64,000 bases of DNA from an uncultured Dehalococcoidaceae bacterium (lineage in GTDB: Bacteria; Chloroflexota; Dehalococcoidia; Dehalococcoidales; RBG-16-60-22). Positions 53,109 through 60,723 of the stretch are shown piece by piece. A program made the translations under genes and the position numbers. Each line of letters begins with the position of its first letter. Positions within the stretch are counted from its first letter, which is position 1. The stretch spans positions 10,934 to 74,933 of the forward strand of contig CAZCOB010000007.1 in NCBI GenBank assembly GCA_964500415.1. The letters run 5' to 3'. The notes beneath the pieces were generated by a model. The model worked only from the letters and a program-made list of their open reading frames with translations, was not told where the DNA came from and did not search any database.

Positions 53109-55220
53109 TCAGTAATTGCCCCAGAATTTCACGGATGTGATTTTCAACCGCAGGTCGCATTGCAGACAGCGCTCAGATTCTTCGGTCGCCGTCTTTTCAT
53201 CTATGTCCCTGACTACTTTGGTGAAGCTTTTTACCCGTTCTTCCGGGAGAATGCAGGACTCTTCACAGCGTTTTTCAAACGCAAAGCCTTCCTTAAACCC
53301 GATACATCTCTCCGGCTCCCTGACAACAGCCAGCTTTTCATCGATGATACCGTTTCCCTCCAGGTATCTATCGACGGCGATGGCAGTTTTTCGACCCGAT
53401 GCTATGGCCTTGATTACCGACGACGTGCCGTTGACGGCGTCCCCCGCGGCAAAGACCCCTTCTTTGCTGGTGCTTAGGGAAAACGGGTCGATTTCGATGA
53501 GATTGTTGGACTTTATATCCAATCCGAAGTCCGGCGGTATTTCCGGGCACTGGCCGATGGCGAATATCACCGTATCTCCCTCCAGGACATGCGTGGAGCT
53601 TTCGACTACTTCAAGGCAGGGATTTTTGTCCTCGTCGAAGCTGAGTGAGGCTACCTCTACGCATTCCACCCCGGTGATACGCCCGTTTTCGCTTAAAATC
53701 CTGGTAAAACTCCTGGCGGGATGAATCACGATTCCCTCCTCCTCCCCCTGCTTGATTTCGTCGTTCGTGGCCGGCATGTCTTCACGGCTTTCCAGGCAGG
53801 TGAGATGCACCTCCCCGACGCCGAGTCGCTTGGCCGCCCGGGCGCAGTCGAAAGCCACGTTACCCCCACCCAGGACGATAATTTTCTCTCCGATGTCCAC
53901 CTTGTTCCCTAGGTTTATCTCCTTCAGGAAATCGACTCCTATCAATACTCCTTTATTATCCGCCCCTGGAATATTGAGCTTCTGCCCCCGGTGGGTCCCC
54001 ACGGCGACGATTATCGCATTAAAATCCTCCTCTAGGAGCGTATCAATCGATTCTACTCTGTTGCCGGTTTTTACCTCCACCCCACTGTTTATAATATCCT
54101 GGATTTCGTTATCGAGCACGTGTCTGGGGAGGCGGTACTCGGGGATTCCGGAGTGCATCATACCCCCGGCAAACGGCAAAGAATCGAACACGGTGACGTT
54201 GTGCCCTTTATTGGATAGATAGTAGGCCGCGGTCAGTCCAGAGGGCCCCGCCCCGATTACCGCCACTTTTTTACCGGTTGAGTCCTTTTTGTTTAAATTT
54301 TCCTTCCAAACTCTATTCTTATCATGTTCTGCGGCAAATCTCTTTAGTTCCCTGATGGCGACGGCCTCGTTCACCTCGCCCCTCCGGCAGACGTCCTCGC
54401 AGGGACGGTCGCACACGTAACCGAGCACCCCGGGAAACGGCACCTTCTCCCGGATAACCGCCGCCGCAGCGGAGTAGTCTTTTTCCCTGATTAATCGAAT
54501 GTATCTCGGTACGTCTATCTCGGCGGGGCAGGTGTACCGGCAGGGGATTAAGGCATCCCTTCGTTTTTTCCCTTTGACGAGTCCCTCCCTATCCTGTATG
54601 GCTCCGGTAGGGCAGACCTCGGCACAGGCACCGCAGAAACGACAGCCAGCATCAGCCAGCGGCAGGTCCGCTGCCGTACCGGTCAGGGTTTCCCTGCCTT
54701 TCTTTACATAAAATAATATCCCCACGCCGCGCATATCGTCGCAGGCCCTCACGCACCGCCCGCACACCACGCACTTGTTGGGGTCGTGCACGAAAAGCGG
54801 GTTGTCGCTATTAATCGGCAGCAGTTTGGAGCGCCTTCTCACGCTCAATTCCTCGCAGCCCAGGTACTGCTTCAACGATTGCACTTCGCAGTTGAGGTAC
54901 TTATCGCAGCTGCCGCAGTCCGCCGGGTGTCCGGCCAGCATTAATTCCATGGCAAGTCGCCGCCAGCGGTCGATTTTTTCGCTTTTCGTCCTGACCGTCA
55001 GGCCGTTTTCAGCTGGTGTCACGCAAGATGAAAGAAGCCCTTCGATACCATCAATTTCCACGACGCACAACCGGCACGCGCCGATGGGCGGAAGGTCGGG
55101 GTGATGGCAGAGGTGGGGGATGTAGATTCCCGCGTCGAGCGCGACTTCGAGTACGCTTTTCCCGGCTTCCGTCTCGATGTCCCGTCCGTCGATATTCAGT
55201 TTTATTGTTTCTTCGGACAC
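53109..55220 (-). CDS. Fusion of NuoG-like N-terminal FeS domains with a GltD-like NAD(P)H/FAD oxidoreductase
   Basis: 703 aa. GTG start with an AAGGGGGA RBS. Contains a 2Fe-2S-type region (CHHPDLPPIGACRLCVVEI), HPADCGSCDKYLNCE, 4Fe-4S motifs, then GltD-like KKVAVIGAGPSGLTAAYYL and VLGGGNVAFDCA. Overlaps the upstream gene by 19 nt. Confidence 0.75.
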   Translation of the reverse strand: MSEETIKLNIDGRDIETEAGKSVLEVALDAGIYIPHLCHHPDLPPIGACRLCVVEIDGIEGLLSSCVTPAENGLTVRTKSEKIDRWRRLAMELMLAGHPADCGSCDKYLNCEVQSLKQYLGCEELSVRRRSKLLPINSDNPLFVHDPNKCVVCGRCVRACDDMRGVGILFYVKKGRETLTGTAADLPLADAGCRFCGACAEVCPTGAIQDREGLVKGKKRRDALIPCRYTCPAEIDVPRYIRLIREKDYSAAAAVIREKVPFPGVLGYVCDRPCEDVCRRGEVNEAVAIRELKRFAAEHDKNRVWKENLNKKDSTGKKVAVIGAGPSGLTAAYYLSNKGHNVTVFDSLPFAGGMMHSGIPEYRLPRHVLDNEIQDIINSGVEVKTGNRVESIDTLLEEDFNAIIVAVGTHRGQKLNIPGADNKGVLIGVDFLKEINLGNKVDIGEKIIVLGGGNVAFDCARAAKRLGVGEVHLTCLESREDMPATNDEIKQGEEEGIVIHPARSFTRILSENGRITGVECVEVASLSFDEDKNPCLEVVESSTHVLEGDTVIFAIGQCPEIPPDFGLDIKSNNLIEIDPFSLSTSKEGVFAAGDAVNGTSSVIKAIASGRKTAIAVDRYLEGNGIIDEKLAVVREPERCIGFKEGFAFEKRCEESCILPEERVKSFTKVVRDIDEKTATEESERCLQCDLRLKITSVKFWGNY

Positions 55221-56833
55221 TTTCCCCCTTTTATATGGGCGTCATAGTCGCCTCGGAAAAGCTCCAGGCTGCTTAAAACCGGATTGGGTGCCGTCCGCCC
55301 CAGACCGCAGATACTGCCGGTTTTCATTCCTTCACCCAGTTCCATGAGCATGTCTAAATCTTCGGGTTTCCCCTTGTTATCGGCGATATCGTTCAGGATG
55401 TCCGCTATCTGGTACGTTCCCTCGCGGCAGAAGACGCATTTGCCGCAGGACTCGGCCTGGAGGTAAGACATTACATCTCTTGTCATTTCTACCGCGCATA
55501 AGTCGCCGTTAAAGACTTCTACGGTCCCCGACCCCATAATCCCCCCGATTTCACTTATTGTTTCATAATTAATCGGACTATCTAACGAATTTTTATCAAA
55601 ATAACGTCCCGTCGGCCCGCCGAACTGTACAGCTTTAATTCCTTTCCCGCTTGATATACCGCCCCCGATATCCATGATTACAGTTCGTAGCGTTGTTCCC
55701 AACGGGATCTCGACCGTATATTTGTGAGCAATGTCGCCCGTGATGGTAACGATTTTTGTATCGCTGCCTTTCTCCGTGCCGCTCTGAAAAATGGACGATA
55801 CATTAGCCATTGTCTCCACATTATTGACCAGCGTCGGCTTATCTTTGTAGCCTCTTACGGCGGGATATGGTGGGCGCAGGTAAGGCATCCCCTGCTTGTT
55901 CTCCAGGGAGCGAATAAGGGCTGTTTCCTCGCCGGAGACCAGCGAGGTCTCCACGCCTTTAATCTCTATCTCGCATTTTAAATCGGAATCTAAAATATAA
56001 TCCCCCAGCAGCCCGTATTCCCTCATCTGCGCCAGCGCCTTATCTAGCCTGTTTATGGCAGTAGCATATTCGGAATTCACACAAATAAAAACATGACCGG
56101 CACCGACCGTATAAGCGCCGATTAACAGGCCTTCCAGGACGGAATGAGGGTCGCTCTCTAGTAATAATTTCGCCGTCTTTGCTTCGGGGTCGGTATCCAC
56201 GGCATCGCAGACAACATATTTCTCGCTGCCTTCGGAATCACGGCAGATTTTCCATTTCTCGGCGGTAGAGAAACCCCCGCCGCCCCTGCCCCTTAGACCG
56301 GACTTCTCCAGTCCTTCGATTAACCCCGTACGGCCTATTCGTAAGGCGCGGGAAAGCCCGCTGTAGCCGTTATCATGCAAGATATATTCGTTGATATTCT
56401 CAGGGTCGATGTAACCGCAGTTTCGCAGGGCTATTCTGTTCTGCAGGCTGAAAGCGGGTATCTCTGAGATATCCGGAATGCCATCTATTTTATCGCCGCC
56501 GAAACCGGCAAGAGCCAGGTCCGACCTGGGATTGTCCTTCACTAAATAATCGTCGACCAGTTCCAGGGCTGTTTCGGGTGTAATATTATGGTACAGTACG
56601 GCTGGACTGCCCGGCTTTTCGATTAATACCAGAGGTTCGAGGTCGTACAGTCCCCACGAGCCGGCGACGATTACTTTGGCTTTTATCCCGCTGATATGCT
56701 TCTGGAATTGATTGACGGTTTCCGCATACTCAGTATTGTCCGCCGCCGCCCCTACCCGTACCTTAACGCAGTCTTTATCGTTGAAGTAAGCGCATTCGGG
56801 CTCTGCCTTGGCGTAAATCTGCTCAAGATTCAT
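55202..56833 (-). CDS. NuoF-like NADH-binding FMN/4Fe-4S flavoprotein (HydB/Nqo1-like)
   Basis: 543 aa. FMN/NADH motifs GLRGRGGGGFSTAEKW, and 4Fe-4S motif ESCGKCVFCREG...GSICGLG. Confidence 0.8.
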   Translation of the reverse strand: MNLEQIYAKAEPECAYFNDKDCVKVRVGAAADNTEYAETVNQFQKHISGIKAKVIVAGSWGLYDLEPLVLIEKPGSPAVLYHNITPETALELVDDYLVKDNPRSDLALAGFGGDKIDGIPDISEIPAFSLQNRIALRNCGYIDPENINEYILHDNGYSGLSRALRIGRTGLIEGLEKSGLRGRGGGGFSTAEKWKICRDSEGSEKYVVCDAVDTDPEAKTAKLLLESDPHSVLEGLLIGAYTVGAGHVFICVNSEYATAINRLDKALAQMREYGLLGDYILDSDLKCEIEIKGVETSLVSGEETALIRSLENKQGMPYLRPPYPAVRGYKDKPTLVNNVETMANVSSIFQSGTEKGSDTKIVTITGDIAHKYTVEIPLGTTLRTVIMDIGGGISSGKGIKAVQFGGPTGRYFDKNSLDSPINYETISEIGGIMGSGTVEVFNGDLCAVEMTRDVMSYLQAESCGKCVFCREGTYQIADILNDIADNKGKPEDLDMLMELGEGMKTGSICGLGRTAPNPVLSSLELFRGDYDAHIKGGKCPKKQ

Positions 56834-56873
56834 CGGTATTCCTTATATGGCGTGGGTAACTTAATAAAATGTT

Positions 56874-57734
56874 TCAACCGAGAAATGTAGTGTCGTGCTC
56901 GGTATTCAGACAGATGGCGCTGAAACTGTAAGGCTTATCGACTCTCCTGGTTATCAGTGGACAGTGCACCAGTCCTTTCGGGGCGACGACCACGGTGGGG
57001 GTATCGAACACGTGGATTTCCTGTTCCTCGCCCATGGCAATCTCGATTTCCGCCCCCAGGTAGTCGGGATTGTCCGGGTCCAGTCCAACGAAGAGCAGGC
57101 ATTCGTCGTTGGGATGCACGTGCGGGTCTTTTTCGTGCCAGGCCCCAAGTCCGGTGTGAAACGCCCAGGTGAAATTCAGGTTGAACCCCTCCATATCCTT
57201 ACCGCTCCACCACCCGATATAGTCGGCGTTTCCCCCCGATTTACGATTAATATCACGCAGCTCTAATTTCTGCACGAGGTGCGCGTATTTATCTCCCGTC
57301 GTAAGTGGTCCGCTTCTATCAGGTAAATCAGTAGGCTTGTGTTCTCCATTAAGAGAAATTATCAGAAAACCATAAGGTTTATCGGCTTTCCTGGTTATCA
57401 TAGGATTGTGCGGGAATCCCGCAGGGACAACGACGACGGTGGGAGTGTCAAATACATGCTTCTCCCCTTCCTCACCCATCACCATCTCGATTTCCGCCCC
57501 CAAATTATTCGGATGGTCATAGTCGAGTCCGGTAAAGACAAAACATTCGCCGTAAGGATGTATGTGTCCGCCGGTTCTCCCGGGAGTCCATTCTCCAACG
57601 AAGCTGGTATATCCCCAGGCAAAATTCAGGTTCAGCCCCTCCAGGTCGCTACCCATAGGCCAGACTATCTTGCCAAGCGGATGTTCCTGGTAGTTTAATT
57701 TTTTCACCAGGTGCCCGTATTTTGTTTTCGCCAT
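56874..57734 (-). CDS. Bicupin protein, KYG-motif family
   Basis: 286 aa. Domain 1: MAKTKYGHLVKKL...GHIHPYGECFVFTG...VPAGFPHNP. Domain 2: GDKYAHLVQKL...PHVHPNDECLLFVG...APKGLVHCP. Confidence 0.7.
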   Translation of the reverse strand: MAKTKYGHLVKKLNYQEHPLGKIVWPMGSDLEGLNLNFAWGYTSFVGEWTPGRTGGHIHPYGECFVFTGLDYDHPNNLGAEIEMVMGEEGEKHVFDTPTVVVVPAGFPHNPMITRKADKPYGFLIISLNGEHKPTDLPDRSGPLTTGDKYAHLVQKLELRDINRKSGGNADYIGWWSGKDMEGFNLNFTWAFHTGLGAWHEKDPHVHPNDECLLFVGLDPDNPDYLGAEIEIAMGEEQEIHVFDTPTVVVAPKGLVHCPLITRRVDKPYSFSAICLNTEHDTTFLG

Positions 57735-57764
57735 TTTCTTTGTCCTCCTTTGGCGATTTGTCCA

Positions 57765-58670
57765 CTAGGCTACGTACCCGTCCTTACCTCTCCCTACGTG
57801 ACCCCACGGACGTATTACCGCGAATATCCAGGGCTTGTCCTGCCTGGTAACGATTAGCGGACAGTGCGCGTGTCCTTTGGGCTGTATGGCTATCGACGGC
57901 GTGTTAATAACGTGTTTCTCCATTTCCTTGCCCATGTACATCTCACACTCGGCACCGAGGTCACTCAGATCGTTGCAGTCGGCCCCCATGAAGAGCAGGA
58001 ACTCGGTATACGGGTGTACGTGTGGTTTATCGGGTACCGGCCCGAACCGGTAAGGTGCTTTATTCATACTTTCATACGACATATGAAATTCGAAGTCTTT
58101 GCCGCGGACATCGGTTATCGCCCCTTCGTGAGTATCCGCGTTAAGCGGTCCGTAGTGCCAGGGGCCGTTACGCGTGAAAGCCAGGTGCTGGACGCTCCCC
58201 ATGTACTTTGAGCGCATAAAGCTGGCCGGCTGTACCGGGGTATCGTCCGTAGGCACCGGTGTCGACTTCAGTTCCGGGGCCACTGAAATGGTCACATATA
58301 TAAACCGGTCGTCCATCCTCACGATTGTCGCCGGCATATGCGGTGTGCCCTTGGGAACGGCAACCGCCGTGGCCGTGGTAATCATGTGCATTTCCTTTTC
58401 TTTTCCCAGGCAGAACTCTACCTCCGCCCCCAGATACCCCATGTCGTACGTATCCGTACCCATGAATATCATGACCTGGTCGAAGTCATGCACCTCAGCT
58501 CCGTAAGGCTCCTTGCCTATTTTACCCGCCGACCAGCAGGCTCCGTATTGTATGTTGAGGTCATAACCGAGGAACTCGCCGTTCATCTCAGTCCCCTGTC
58601 GGTAAAGGCCGGTACCATAATCCTTAAAAGAGAGACTCTTGACCAGATGACCGTATTTCGTTTTCGCCAT
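57765..58670 (-). CDS. Bicupin protein, KYG-motif family
   Basis: 301 aa. N-terminus MAKTKYGHLVKSL. The second domain starts RSKYMGSVQHL. Motifs AEVHDFDQVMIFMG / VPKGTPHMP and PHVHPYTEFLLFMG / QPKGHAHCP. Confidence 0.7.
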   Translation of the reverse strand: MAKTKYGHLVKSLSFKDYGTGLYRQGTEMNGEFLGYDLNIQYGACWSAGKIGKEPYGAEVHDFDQVMIFMGTDTYDMGYLGAEVEFCLGKEKEMHMITTATAVAVPKGTPHMPATIVRMDDRFIYVTISVAPELKSTPVPTDDTPVQPASFMRSKYMGSVQHLAFTRNGPWHYGPLNADTHEGAITDVRGKDFEFHMSYESMNKAPYRFGPVPDKPHVHPYTEFLLFMGADCNDLSDLGAECEMYMGKEMEKHVINTPSIAIQPKGHAHCPLIVTRQDKPWIFAVIRPWGHVGRGKDGYVA

Positions 58671-58899
58671 TTCGGCATCCTCCTTGTGTACGTTTCGGGA
58701 AAATTATAGCGTTTCACTCCGCTATCTGCAACGTTGAAAAGAGAGATGCAACTGACCGACGTTAAATATGCGTCACGAGGAAATCCTTCATGGTACGTTT
58801 CGGCTATCGTATTATATCAAGATACCAGGTTCTGGCCCGGCGTCCGGAAGATAGTATGGCGGCAGGTCCTGCTATCAGGGTATAGTGTCTTAAAAGGAG

Positions 58900-58949
58900 T
58901 GGCGACCCCGGCCGGATTTGAACCGGCGATCTCCACCGTGACAGGGTGG
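58900..58949 (-). pseudogene. tRNA-Asp (GTC) 3' fragment (anticodon arm to CCA), no 5' half
   Basis: The minus strand reads CCACC CTGTCAC GGTGG AGATC GCCGG TTCAAAT CCGGC CGGGGTC G CCA. The sequence 5' of it (GGACGGGGGTCGGGGAATACAACATG) cannot pair with the acceptor 3' strand or form a D arm. Confidence 0.6.
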
Positions 58950-59092
58950 CATGTTGTATTCCCCGACCCCCGTCCAAAAGTTCATCGTCCTTGGTGTGGC
59001 GGTAAACATTTCGACCTTCTCTGACATAGCTATCATTAATCTATCTAAACAGTGGGCTGGTGTCAAGGTAACGATACCCTGAGCCCGTACGG

Positions 59093-59494
59093 TTATTTCC
59101 GGGATATCTTTTTCCTCTTGGTCTCTTCCAGACCGACGGCCCTTGAAAGCGTCGATACCAGGAACTGGTTAAGGCTAACGCCTTCCCTGTCGGCTATCTG
59201 GTCCAGCCGTCGGTGCAGGCTTTTGGGGAAACGGACATTAAACTTGCCGCTGTATTCCCTGTCCTCTCTAGGCAGCGGGATATCCAACTCGTCCTCATAA
59301 GCTGATTCAAGCCAGAGCCGACGGGCTTCCTCCATATTCTCGTAGGTTTCTTCAATTGTTTCGCCTTGGGTAAAGCATCCGGGCAGGTCTTCAATCTCTG
59401 CCACGTAGCCGCCGGTTTCATCCGGGATTATCGTAACAGGGTATTTGAGCCCTAAGTAAAACTCAAGCGACTTGTGCTCAATATCAGTGATCAT
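59093..59494 (-). CDS. hicB: HicB-family antitoxin (HicB fold + C-terminal ribbon-helix-helix)
   Basis: 133 aa. YPVTIIPDETGGYVAEIEDLPGCFTQGETIEE is the classic HicB core. C-terminal FNVRFPKSLHRRLDQIADREGVSLNQFL is RHH-like. Starts 1 nt after the hicA stop. Confidence 0.8.
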   Translation of the reverse strand: MITDIEHKSLEFYLGLKYPVTIIPDETGGYVAEIEDLPGCFTQGETIEETYENMEEARRLWLESAYEDELDIPLPREDREYSGKFNVRFPKSLHRRLDQIADREGVSLNQFLVSTLSRAVGLEETKRKKISRK

Positions 59495-59495
59495 C

Positions 59496-59735
59496 CTATT
59501 CCTCCAGATTAAGTTTTCTAATTATCTTGTCTACATAACCTGGCTTTACGTACTTTGTGTTTTTGGGAGTTACGACGTTAATCGGGGTATCACCCTTTTT
59601 ATGAAACGTCCGGTGGCTACCGCCCTTTTTATGCAATTCATAACCGTAAGTAGTGAGAAGCCTCTCACAATCCTCAACCGTGATGTGCATCCTGTCGGTG
59701 AGGAATTTCCGTATCAGCTTCTCATTTTCCTTCAT
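59496..59735 (-). CDS. hicA: HicA-family mRNA-interferase toxin
   Basis: The ATG at 59735 is preferred over the track's TTG at 59759. LLTTYGYELHKKGGSHRTFHKKGDTPINVVTPKNTKYVKPGYVDKIIRKL matches the HicA/YcfA pattern (GSH..f.....vp.h...v..g....I). Confidence 0.75.
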   Translation of the reverse strand: MKENEKLIRKFLTDRMHITVEDCERLLTTYGYELHKKGGSHRTFHKKGDTPINVVTPKNTKYVKPGYVDKIIRKLNLEE

Positions 59736-59808
59736 ACCTTTACCCCAATACAGTACCAAATATAGTGGCGTATGTCAAGTGTTCCGAGAAGAATTATCAT
59801 ATTTATTC

Positions 59809-60246
59809 TCAGTCATCCTCGATGTTGATCCAGCCGTGTTTTAATGCTTCCATTGCCGCTTCCGTCCGGGAATTGACGTGCATTTTATCGAAGACATTCA
59901 TCAGATGTCCCTTGACCGTGCGAACGCCGACGCCGAGCTGGACGGCGATATCCCGGTTGTTCTTCCCCTTGGCTGCCAGCCTCAACACCTCAAGCTCACG
60001 TGTGGTCAGGTGCTCCCCAAAATCAAGGGCAACCGGCTGGCGCCGCATCCGCTTGAAGATCTTCTGCGCTATCAGCGGGTGCGAGACAAACTCCCCAGAC
60101 CTTACGAAGCGGATAGCCTGAACCAACTCCTCGCCTTTGGCGCTTTTCAGCATATAGCCGTTAGCGCCGGCTCCCAGAAGACCGATAACATCATCCTGGT
60201 CGTCATGGGTGGTTAAAATGAGAACGGCAGTTTCAGGAAGCTCCGC
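59809..60246 (-). pseudogene. 5'-truncated NarL/LuxR-family response regulator
   Basis: The frame is open only back to a TGA at 60247..60249. The retained sequence EALPETAVLILTTHDDQDDVIGLLGAGANGYMLKS... is the beta4-alpha5 part of a receiver, followed by a LuxR HTH (LTTRELEVLRLAAKGKNNRDIAVQLGVGVRTVKGHL). The beta1-beta3 part, which carries the phospho-Asp, is absent. Confidence 0.65.
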
Positions 60247-60723
60247 TCATATATATTAGGCGTATTACGCACTAATACCAGCACGCTCGGCTCGCTTGCC
60301 AATCCTTTCAGCTTGTTAAATGGGCTTATCCTATTCAGATTAGTGCTTTGCCCTCAACTCTGGCTGGTAATAAGATAAGATAGGTAGGGCTTACCAGCCT
60401 GCCAAAGTAACCGAGTTTTGTTAAGGTGCAAGTCAATTCTACGAACAGCGTATAACAAAATAGCTTTGTGTAATATCAGAAAACCTAGCTAGTATTTCCT
60501 CTCTCCCTCCCCCGAGATATAGAGTGAAATTCAAGAATTATATTCGGGGGATAGAAGCGATGATGAGTAGATCACCCATAGTCAGACGACGCTGTTTGTC
60601 CAGATTTAGTGTTGTGTTTGCCTGAATACGACCATTGCATCAGTGCTGTGTTATGCATTACTACCAACATAGTTGAAGGTGGTGTAAAATGCAGTAGCGA
60701 ATAAAATAATACCAAGTAAGAAA

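Noticed and set aside
58950-58985. An attempt to extend the tRNA-Asp fragment into a full tRNA gene.
   Set aside because: The upstream sequence GGACGGGGGTCGGGGAATACAACATG cannot pair with the 3' acceptor strand CGGGGTC and offers no D-stem. Only a GAATAC remnant resembles a D-arm end. It is therefore called a fragment.
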